64,000 nucleotides of DNA, from positions 10,262 to 74,261 of the forward strand of contig MHBE01000042.1 in NCBI GenBank assembly GCA_001803205.1, in the 5' to 3' direction. This document shows positions 46,182 to 54,537 of the stretch, in pieces (position 1 is the first letter of the stretch; every line of letters starts with the position of its first letter). The notes under the pieces were generated by a model. It saw only the letters and a list, made by a program, of their open reading frames with translations, was not told the DNA's origin and did not search any database. The DNA is from Lentisphaerae bacterium GWF2_38_69. Lineage in GTDB: Bacteria > Verrucomicrobiota > Lentisphaeria > Victivallales > GWF2-38-69. The position numbers were made by a program, and so were the translations under genes.

Positions 46182-46330
46182 AACTAAAATTATCAGTAAT
46201 GGAAATGACAAAAAAGGCGTTTGATATTGTCAAACAAAAGGGATCAACTGCTCCAAATCCCGTTTCAATCACCATGGAAAGACAGAAATCTGTTCCTGAA
46301 ATCCGCATCATCGAAGGTACTTCAAAATGA
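46172..46330 (+). CDS. Small ORF (52 aa) translationally coupled (ATGA overlap) to the AbiEi-like gene; may instead be a leftover gene tail
   Basis: MLIELKLSVMEMTKKAFDIVKQKGSTAPNPVSITMERQKSVPEIRIIEGTSK*. Below the track's size cut-off. Contains the right copy of the 20-bp repeat. No clear RBS. Confidence 0.3.
   Translation: MLIELKLSVMEMTKKAFDIVKQKGSTAPNPVSITMERQKSVPEIRIIEGTSK
46298..46317 (+). repeat. Right copy of the perfect 20-bp direct repeat gaaatccgcatcatcgaagg
   Basis: Identical to 44244-44263. In both places it encodes EIRIIEG near a stop codon. Confidence 0.9.
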
Positions 46331-47052
46331 AGATAACAACATTAGAACATCTTAATAGTTTTATAAAAAAAGCGGGGCAATATTTCCGATATGCCGATGT
46401 GAAAGCATTTCTTATTTCACAAAATACCAAAGTGTCTGATTCTACACTTCAAACTTATCTGAGTAGGGAAATAGCTAAAAAAAACATTTTCAGCGCAGGG
46501 AAAGGATGGTATTCAAAGCAGGAAAAAGAATTTAGACTGAATGTCGAACCCATTCAGAAGATAATTGGACTGATAAAACAAAAGTTTCCTTTGCTGGAAA
46601 TTTCCTGTTGGAGCACTGAACAAATAAACTCATTCACTCACCATATGCTGGGAAAGCATATAACTTTTATCTATGTAGATATTGATGCGGTCAATTCAGT
46701 GCATGAATTTCTACTTGATAATGGATATAATTCTTATGATAATCCTACGAAAAAGGAAACACAAAAGCATTTCAGGGCAACAAACAACACTGTAGTTTTA
46801 AGAGCTTCTATAGCAAAGCAGCCGGAAGATCTAAGCGGAGCTTCTTCTGTTGAAAAATTACTCGTCGATCTAATTTTTGAAAACAGGAAATTACATATTA
46901 TGCCAGAAGATGAGATAGAGAACATTTTTGAAAGTATTTTAAAATATGAAAGAATTAATGTCTCTACTCTTTTTTCGTATGCCAAGAGGCGTGAAATGGA
47001 TATCCAAGAAATCAAGAAATTCCGGATTTTTAATTTATCCGGAAATCCTTGA
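46327..47052 (+). CDS. AbiEi-like antitoxin/transcriptional regulator (type IV TA / abortive infection)
   Basis: N-terminal wHTH-like FRYADVKAFL...LQTYLSREIAKKNIFSAGKGWYS (compare the AbiEi ...rG.Y motif). Sits directly upstream of an AbiEii-family gene. Confidence 0.6.
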   Translation: MKITTLEHLNSFIKKAGQYFRYADVKAFLISQNTKVSDSTLQTYLSREIAKKNIFSAGKGWYSKQEKEFRLNVEPIQKIIGLIKQKFPLLEISCWSTEQINSFTHHMLGKHITFIYVDIDAVNSVHEFLLDNGYNSYDNPTKKETQKHFRATNNTVVLRASIAKQPEDLSGASSVEKLLVDLIFENRKLHIMPEDEIENIFESILKYERINVSTLFSYAKRREMDIQEIKKFRIFNLSGNP

Positions 47053-47075
47053 TATAATCACCTATAAAGCTAGAT

Positions 47076-48155
47076 ATGATAAAGCGTAAATATTTTCAAG
47101 AAGAAACTATAAGAGCTAAACGAAATGAGTTAAAAGTCGCAGATCCCGGCTTATTTGAGAAAGCTATTCATGCCTTTGAACTATTAGGCTGCCTTGCGGA
47201 ATCAGGGTTGGATTTTATATTCAAGGGCGGCACTTCTCTTATGCTTCATATTCCCGAACCTCAGAGATTATCTATAGATATAGACATATTGTCAGGAGAA
47301 AAACCTGATAACCTCGACTCAAAGCTAAAAAGCATTAGCATGATGTATCCATTTTTAAGATGTTATGAAGACGAGAGAGGGCACAGAGGTTTGCCAAATC
47401 GCAGGCATTTTAAATTTTTCTATAACTCTCAGATATCTAAAAGGGAAGATAGTGTTCTTCTTGATATAGTTGAAGAAAATAAATGTCTTTTGCCTATACA
47501 GGAAAAGGTCATTAAATCCACTTTTTTTGAGACAGATAGAAATGTAAAAGTAAAAGTTCCAATACCCGAAGGGCTTCTTGGCGACAAGTTGTCGGCTTTT
47601 GCTCCCAATACTCTTGGAGTGCCTTTCTTAACAAAAAGCGGGCATCTCCATTCTCTTCAGGTAATCAAGCAGATGTTTGATATTGGACAGCTTTTTGATA
47701 TAGTCGCTAACTACAAAGAAGTATTTGCCGCCTATCTTGCTTCTTATAAACAAGAAAATGAATATAAAAAAGGTATTTATACACTAGAACAAGCTCTTGA
47801 TGATTCAGTAGAAACAGCTCTCGAGGTTTGCCGGATGGGGTTACGAGGACATAAGGCTTCAGATATTTCTGGTTATTTAGATGATGGCATTAGAAAACTT
47901 CAAAATCATTTAATATCAAATCCATTTAGACCAAATATTGAAGCGAAAATATCAGCATCAAAAGCATTTGCTCTATTTAAAATGATAAGAGGAAACTCTT
48001 TTGATTTAATGACAGAATACGGGTTATATATTCAGTCGGAAAAACAGATAGAATTGATAAGAAGTAATTCGATAGACTCAACTATCGACAGGCTGAAGAA
48101 AACTAATCCCGAAGCCTACTACTACTTGCTTCTTGGTATTTTATCTTCACAATAA
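47076..48155 (+). CDS. Nucleotidyltransferase AbiEii/AbiGii toxin family protein
   Basis: FIFKGGTSLMLHIPEPQRLSIDIDIL matches the DUF1814/AbiEii signature (KGGTAL...R.S.DiD). Confidence 0.8.
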   Translation: MIKRKYFQEETIRAKRNELKVADPGLFEKAIHAFELLGCLAESGLDFIFKGGTSLMLHIPEPQRLSIDIDILSGEKPDNLDSKLKSISMMYPFLRCYEDERGHRGLPNRRHFKFFYNSQISKREDSVLLDIVEENKCLLPIQEKVIKSTFFETDRNVKVKVPIPEGLLGDKLSAFAPNTLGVPFLTKSGHLHSLQVIKQMFDIGQLFDIVANYKEVFAAYLASYKQENEYKKGIYTLEQALDDSVETALEVCRMGLRGHKASDISGYLDDGIRKLQNHLISNPFRPNIEAKISASKAFALFKMIRGNSFDLMTEYGLYIQSEKQIELIRSNSIDSTIDRLKKTNPEAYYYLLLGILSSQ

Positions 48156-48182
48156 AATGAAGAGTAACATTAAAGGACTATT

Positions 48183-48410
48183 ATGGGCATTGAATCTTTT
48201 TTGAAATGGGCAGCTAACTACGGTATCCAAGAAGTTGACGAAGCAATAAAAAACTGCAAAGTTGCGACATTATCATTTATGTGCAACTACTTAGAAGAAA
48301 AAACAAGAGTTCACAAGCTAAAAAGGGAAATTTAGTTTATGCTTATTTGTTCGCTTTATGGATTAACGAAAGAAGAAACCGAGTTTATTAAGAATTATGA
48401 GATAGAATAA
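48183..48410 (+). pseudogene. C-terminal fragment of a methyltransferase/restriction-type gene with an in-frame TAG
   Basis: ...CNYLEEKTRVHKLKREI*FMLICSLYGLTKEETEFIKNYEIE*. The LYGLTxEE tail motif is in the same frame across the TAG at 48333-48335. Confidence 0.45.
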
Positions 48411-48564
48411 AGGCTAAGCGAGACTGAAGAGGATGAATAGACCAGAAGGAAAGTTTACCGCGCACTCTGCCGTTTGGTATGGAACCGCATCTCTAAAGCA
48501 AACAGCTTATGAAGGCTAGCCGGACAATTAATAAATTCCTTTTATATCTGGAAGGATGAGAGTT

Positions 48565-48681
48565 ATGCATCTTGCATATTTTGATGAAAACAAATTTGCA
48601 GAGAACAATCCATTTTTTTGGATAGGAGGCTTTCTTATGTCTGATAAGAAGGCCATAGAGTTTGAGAAGACTCTTAGCTAA
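48565..48681 (+). pseudogene. N-terminal fragment resembling a DUF3800 protein
   Basis: MHLAYFDENKFAENNPFFWIGGFLM... resembles the DUF3800 start (Y.DES.....f.lGG). Only 38 aa. Confidence 0.35.
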
Positions 48682-48718
48682 ATGTAATCACAATTAATGG
48701 GTATGTTTTAATAAAAGA

Positions 48719-51700
48719 ATGAATTTATTGAGTTTAGGAAAAAATTATTTTAGAAATCTGATCAGGTTATTTTTTTTACTTCTAATTATTTATAATGCCA
48801 ATCTAATGGCTGCGGATGCCAAAGAATCGGGGGATGTGTGGTTGTCTGCCTATGAGATATACGAAAAAGCGGAAGGTTTTTATGAGAAAGAAGACTATTC
48901 ATCGGCGATGGTGTATTACGCTAGAGCTCTAACTAAATTTGAAGAACTCAAGGATAAATATCCTGACTGGAATTCAGAATTGGTTGAATACCGCATTACA
49001 TATTGTGAAGAAAGAGACACTCTGATAAGAAATAAACTTTCTAATAAGAAGAAAAGACTTCCCGAAGACGAGTTAGTCAAAGAAAATATTGACATGCATT
49101 CAAAGCTTGTCGAATATCAGGATGAGCTTTATTCCGAACAGAAAAAGTTAAAGGATGCTCTTAGAAAAATAGAAACAGGCAATAATGAAATAAGCAAAAA
49201 CTCTGCCGCCGCTGAAAAGCTAAGAGAAGTTCTCAAGGAAAAGATTGAACTCGAAAAAAAATATAATTTTCTGAATGAGCAGTACTCTTCCGAAGAGAAA
49301 AGCAAAGAAGTTCAGCAAATGCGTTCCAATCTTGAAAATCAGCGCTTTGAAATAGAAAACCTCAGACAAGAGAAAAGCAAAATGTCAGCTGACCTTTCTG
49401 CTCTCAATAAGAAATATCTGGAACTTTCAACACAAAAAGCTGATATCGATTATATGTACAAAAGCGCTTTAGGAAAAGCTAAAATGTCTGAAGAAGAAAA
49501 GCAGAAAGTAGCCGCAAAGCTTGATGCAGTTTCAGGAGAGCTTGAAAATGTCAGGACTGAAAAAGAAAGAATAGGTGAGCGAGCCAATAAACTTCAGGAA
49601 TTGCTTGAGAACATTAAGGAAACAGCACCGAAAGATACCGATTCACCGGACGAAATAGCCCTTAGAAATGAAAACGAGGCGTTGAAAAGACAGTTAAATG
49701 GATTTCAATCCGAAATTGATAAACTCTCTCAGATTCGGGATTCTTATAGTTCGCAGCTTAAAACAATTCAGGACTCATACGAAAGCTCTACGAAGAACAT
49801 CTCTGCCTTGAACAGCAGGTACCAGGCGCTTAATAGTGAATCTGAATTACTGAGAAATCAAATAAAAGGAAAAACCGAGGCTGAACTTTCTGCAACCCGG
49901 AAAATAAACGAACTTGCTTCCAGCCTGGCTGACAGCAAAGAGTCCTATAATCTTCTAAGCGATAAGTATAAAGCGCTTGAGAAAAATCAGGCCGTTCTAC
50001 CTGAACTTCAGCAGAAAAACCAGTCATTGGAGACACAAAAAAAAGATCTGGAAAATTTGCTCGAAAACTATCAGAAAAACCTGGAAAGTATCAAACAGGA
50101 AAGAGACTCACTGGAAATGTCCAGAAAAGCACTCGAAGAGGAAAAGAGCAACCTAATCAAAGATCATCTAGCATCCAAGAATGCAGATGATGAAAAATAC
50201 AAAGCCAGACTAACTGAGCTGGATGAAGCAACTGGCAAACTTAAAACCCTTGAAACGGCCAAACTTGATCAGCAGAAAAAGATTGAAGATTTGATAAACG
50301 AATCAGCAAAGAAAGAACAATCATATAATAAACTTTCAGAAGAGAACCTGAAACTAACAAACAAGGCTATGAGCGCGGATAAAATGTTGCGTCAGCTTCA
50401 GGAAGAGTACAATAAGAATTCCAGCGCTTACTCGGATTTAAGTCAGAAATTAAATCAGAATAATGTTAAGCTCCAGGAATATGAATCAGCAAGGGGAAAT
50501 CTGGAAAATCTACTCAAGAACACGACTGAAGCAAAAGAAAATGCAGAAAAGCTCAGCAAAGAACAGATTAAGAAATATGATGAGCTAAACAGCAAATTTA
50601 CGGAGAAAGAGAAGTCCATTGAGGACTTTCAGAATAGGTTGTCGCAAAAGGATGAAGAACTAAGTCAGTCACTAAAGAAAGCTGAAGAACTTAAGAACTT
50701 TTCAGCCAAGGATAAAGAAAAAATCGATTCCCTGCTTGATTCCATAGGTAATTTATCAAAGGACATTGAATCAAAGAATATCGACAAAAAAAACCTCGAA
50801 GAGAAACTTGCAACAGCAGCGGACAAGGCATCAGCAATGGAACTGCATAATAAAGCTCTTGAAGACAAATTCAGTGATTTGCTTAAAGGTTCAAAGAAAC
50901 TGAATGAAGAACGCGCTTCCGTAGAGAGAGAACGCAATGAAGTTATCAGGAAACTCGCAGAGGCAAATGAAAACTTGAAGAAATCGCGTTCGGACCTCGA
51001 TGAAAGTTCTGAAAAAAGGAAAAAGCATCTTGACGAGATAGCTTCTCTTAAGAGTTCACTTGAGGCCATTCAGGGAAAACTGGACGCTCTTTCCAATGAG
51101 AATGATCAATTGAGACAAAATCTTGACGACTCAGCTAAAAAAGCGGAGGCTTTTGAAGATGAAAAAACTCAATATTTAAATCAAATTAAAGAGCTTGTGG
51201 GTAATCTTGAAAATGCTGAAAAGAGAAATGAATCTTCAGAATCAATGCGTTCACTTACTGAAGAAAGATTTATATCTATTAATAACAGAGTAAACGACCT
51301 GGAAAAAATCCGCCAGGATCAGAGCGCTCTGATACAGAGCCTTCAGGGACAGTTAGAACAGGTCACTAAGGAATCTCAAACTGAAAATACCGCTGACGAC
51401 CTCTCTGAACTTACATCAGAACTTACCAGAGCAAATGAGAAAATCAGCAGTTACGAAACTCAAATCGCAGAAAGCTCTGAAAATATCCTTAAATATCAGT
51501 CAGAATACGCATCAATGAAGTTTGACCTGGATAAGGAAAGAAATGCCAGAGCTCAACTTCAAAATAGATTCGATGAAGCAAGTAGACAGCTTGACGCTAT
51601 GAAGAACCAACTAGACGCGCAAAAAGTTAATACAGACAAAATGATCTCAAACATGAATTCTATGAGTGAAAAATTAAGGCAGTCTGAAGAGAGTGCCGAA

Positions 51701-54451
51701 AAATTACAGAACGATTCACTTAAGGCTGCAGAGGATTTTGAACATGCCAAAAAGAATTATGAAGAGAAAGTTTCTTCTCTGAATTCCCAGATTGAAGCTC
51801 TTACAAATGAAAAATCAGAACTCATTTCAAGTACCGCGGAGAATGCAAAGCTGAACTCTGAACTCAATTCTGCAAACCTTAAAGTTGACGCTCTGGAAGG
51901 ACAGCAAAAAGAAAATATATCTAAAATAGAAAATCTTCTTGCTCAGCTAGATTCCGAAAGACAGCTTTCTTCAGGCAGCACTACAGCAAACAGTGAAATA
52001 GCTCAAGAGATAGACAGTTTTAAATCCCAATTGTTATCTTATGAGTCTGAAAAAAAATCAATTAAAAGCCAGATAGATAACCTAGCTGCCGCAGTTGATG
52101 AAAGAGATAAGAAAATAGAAGAACTTGAAACAAATCTTAAAGAATCCAATGATAAACTCACCTCAGCTTTAGATGAAAAAGAAAAACTCAAAGAGGCTTT
52201 CAATGGGACTTCTGAAGAATTATCTCAGGCTAAAAATGCTGTGACAGGCCTAAAAACAGAGCTTGCCCAAAATTCCTCTAACTTATCCGAACTCCAGAAG
52301 AACCTCGATAATTCAAAGAAAGCATATTCTGACAGCACGCAGAAAGTTAAAGAACTTTCACAGATTGTCCAGAAAGCAGAATCTGAAATAGAGGATTATA
52401 AGAAACAGAAATCTGATTATGACACGAAAGTCCAATCGCTTAACTCTGAACTATTATCTGCTGTTTCCAAAACCCAGGAGCTAGAGAAAAATGAAGATGT
52501 AATTCAGATGGAAAATGATACTCTGAGAACCCTTCTTAATACGCTTGAAGCAGACAATAACTCCAAGGACGGCAAAATCCGTGAATTAAGTGGAATAGTT
52601 GACTCTTCGCAAACGATAACTGATTCCCTGTCAGATGTAAAATTAAATCTAGAAGCACTCTCAAAAACTTCAGAAAAGGAACTTAAGGAGCTAAGAAGCA
52701 AGTATGAGAAACAGTTAGAGATTAATAATGCCCTTGTTAAAGAACTGGAATCTTATAGAAATAAAGGACAGCAACTGGATAAAGCCAATTCTGATATGAA
52801 TTCAGACCTTGCAAAAACAAAAAGAGATCTTAGCGAAACTCTATCTAAAAATGAACTGCTCAAGGAAAATCTTGATTCGATATCAGCCGAACTTGAAAAA
52901 GCTAAATCAGATTCTGCAAATTATCAGAGAGAGTATGACAAGCTTTCAGCTATATTCAATAGTATCCAGAAAGAACTTGAAGCTGCTAAAAATGAAAAAT
53001 CAGCTTTACAAGAAGAGTTTACAAAAGCAAAAAATGATTTTGCCGCACTTAGAAATCTGGAAACGGATAAGAAACTTACAAAGATTCAGCTTGAATACGA
53101 CCAGCTCTTTAAAAGAAATTCTGATACTGAAAATGAAGTGACTGAAACCAAAAATAAACTAAATTCTGTTTCCCTGAAACTTAAGGAATCTGAACTGCGC
53201 AAAAAAAACCTTGAAGAAATCAATGAATCTCTGCAGAAAAAACTTATTGATGCTAATTCCAAAAATCAGGAACTTTCCAGAGTATACTCAGAAAAAGAGA
53301 CTATCATTATCGAACTTAGTGACGAGCTTAAGACTCTAAAAGAGGATCTTAAGGATAAAACTTCTAAAAACCTCCTTCTTTCTGAAAATGTTGAAGCCCA
53401 AAAAGAAACTGTTTCTATCATTTCAAACGAAAATGCTGATCTCAAACAGCAAGTAACGGATGCGGAACTTAAAAATTCAGAGCTTCTCAAATCTTTTTAC
53501 GAGAAAGAAACCGCATCATTGGAACTCAAAGATGAAATCAGAAGTTTGAATGATGAACTTAGAACTGAAATATCAAAGAGCGCTGTTTTGGCTAATGAAC
53601 TAAATGATCAAAAAGAGCAAGTTTCGAAAACCCAGACTGAAAAAAGGCTTCTTCTTTCCAAAATAGCTTCTTATGAGACTCTCGTATCGGTTATTAAAAA
53701 AGAGAAAAATGACATTGAAGGCAAATATAAATTACTTCTGCAGAAAATTCAGGATTTTACCAGAAAGCTTAAAGAACCTGCAATAACAAATAAGGATGAC
53801 ACTGAGAAAATCGCTCAGTTGAGATCTGAAAATGTTTCTTTAAATCGTGAAATCCTAGCTCTTAATAGGAAAATACAGACACTCAAGTATAAAAAGATTA
53901 ATCCACAGGCAATACTGTCAAAAGAAGATAAAGAAAGACTCATGAAGCTTGTCAAGTCTGCCAGAATGTCAATAGCCCAAAATGACTTCAGCTCAGGGTA
54001 TAAGTATCTGGGTATGGCTGCAGATATTGCGCACGATAATTACCAGATACAGAAAAACGCAGGTCTCCTGGCCATGACCAACAGCGATTATTCTGCCGCC
54101 TTAAAATATCTTAGCAACGCTAAAAGCATTTCCATTAATGACGATGAAAATAATTCCATTCTACTTGCTTTGTGCCATATCTATATTGGAGACTATAGTA
54201 AGGCTTTGATAGAGTTTAATAATGCAGCTGAACTCGAAAAAAACACAAAACTTGGCAAAGCGCTGGATGCTTACTGTCTGGATCTGATTTCAGGAATGAA
54301 GAGCACGAAGAATTCAGAAAAATCGATGAAAGAGTTTATCCATTCCCCTGAAATGGCTTCGAAACTTTCTTCTATCTTGCTTCTCTGTAATCCTCCAAAA
54401 ATTCAGGAAGCTGAAAGATGGAACTCCGTGAGCCCTAAAGAAAATAATTGA
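48719..54451 (+). CDS. Giant (1910 aa) exported coiled-coil protein with TPR-like caps at both ends
   Basis: Signal-peptide-like LFFLLLIIYNANLMA/AD. N-terminal TPR-like YEKAEGFYEKEDYSSAMVYYARAL. About 1600 aa of uninterrupted E/K/L/Q/N/S-rich heptad-like sequence. C-terminal TPR-like AQNDFSSGYKYLGMAADI...GDYSKALIEFNNAAEL. Confidence 0.85.
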   Translation: MNLLSLGKNYFRNLIRLFFLLLIIYNANLMAADAKESGDVWLSAYEIYEKAEGFYEKEDYSSAMVYYARALTKFEELKDKYPDWNSELVEYRITYCEERDTLIRNKLSNKKKRLPEDELVKENIDMHSKLVEYQDELYSEQKKLKDALRKIETGNNEISKNSAAAEKLREVLKEKIELEKKYNFLNEQYSSEEKSKEVQQMRSNLENQRFEIENLRQEKSKMSADLSALNKKYLELSTQKADIDYMYKSALGKAKMSEEEKQKVAAKLDAVSGELENVRTEKERIGERANKLQELLENIKETAPKDTDSPDEIALRNENEALKRQLNGFQSEIDKLSQIRDSYSSQLKTIQDSYESSTKNISALNSRYQALNSESELLRNQIKGKTEAELSATRKINELASSLADSKESYNLLSDKYKALEKNQAVLPELQQKNQSLETQKKDLENLLENYQKNLESIKQERDSLEMSRKALEEEKSNLIKDHLASKNADDEKYKARLTELDEATGKLKTLETAKLDQQKKIEDLINESAKKEQSYNKLSEENLKLTNKAMSADKMLRQLQEEYNKNSSAYSDLSQKLNQNNVKLQEYESARGNLENLLKNTTEAKENAEKLSKEQIKKYDELNSKFTEKEKSIEDFQNRLSQKDEELSQSLKKAEELKNFSAKDKEKIDSLLDSIGNLSKDIESKNIDKKNLEEKLATAADKASAMELHNKALEDKFSDLLKGSKKLNEERASVERERNEVIRKLAEANENLKKSRSDLDESSEKRKKHLDEIASLKSSLEAIQGKLDALSNENDQLRQNLDDSAKKAEAFEDEKTQYLNQIKELVGNLENAEKRNESSESMRSLTEERFISINNRVNDLEKIRQDQSALIQSLQGQLEQVTKESQTENTADDLSELTSELTRANEKISSYETQIAESSENILKYQSEYASMKFDLDKERNARAQLQNRFDEASRQLDAMKNQLDAQKVNTDKMISNMNSMSEKLRQSEESAEKLQNDSLKAAEDFEHAKKNYEEKVSSLNSQIEALTNEKSELISSTAENAKLNSELNSANLKVDALEGQQKENISKIENLLAQLDSERQLSSGSTTANSEIAQEIDSFKSQLLSYESEKKSIKSQIDNLAAAVDERDKKIEELETNLKESNDKLTSALDEKEKLKEAFNGTSEELSQAKNAVTGLKTELAQNSSNLSELQKNLDNSKKAYSDSTQKVKELSQIVQKAESEIEDYKKQKSDYDTKVQSLNSELLSAVSKTQELEKNEDVIQMENDTLRTLLNTLEADNNSKDGKIRELSGIVDSSQTITDSLSDVKLNLEALSKTSEKELKELRSKYEKQLEINNALVKELESYRNKGQQLDKANSDMNSDLAKTKRDLSETLSKNELLKENLDSISAELEKAKSDSANYQREYDKLSAIFNSIQKELEAAKNEKSALQEEFTKAKNDFAALRNLETDKKLTKIQLEYDQLFKRNSDTENEVTETKNKLNSVSLKLKESELRKKNLEEINESLQKKLIDANSKNQELSRVYSEKETIIIELSDELKTLKEDLKDKTSKNLLLSENVEAQKETVSIISNENADLKQQVTDAELKNSELLKSFYEKETASLELKDEIRSLNDELRTEISKSAVLANELNDQKEQVSKTQTEKRLLLSKIASYETLVSVIKKEKNDIEGKYKLLLQKIQDFTRKLKEPAITNKDDTEKIAQLRSENVSLNREILALNRKIQTLKYKKINPQAILSKEDKERLMKLVKSARMSIAQNDFSSGYKYLGMAADIAHDNYQIQKNAGLLAMTNSDYSAALKYLSNAKSISINDDENNSILLALCHIYIGDYSKALIEFNNAAELEKNTKLGKALDAYCLDLISGMKSTKNSEKSMKEFIHSPEMASKLSSILLLCNPPKIQEAERWNSVSPKENN

Positions 54452-54537
54452 TAAATCTACATAAAATAATTCTAACTTATTGCTTGTTCACACCAGCTCA
54501 GAAAAAGAACCGTCTCAATTTTGTTGTGTTTTAAAAA

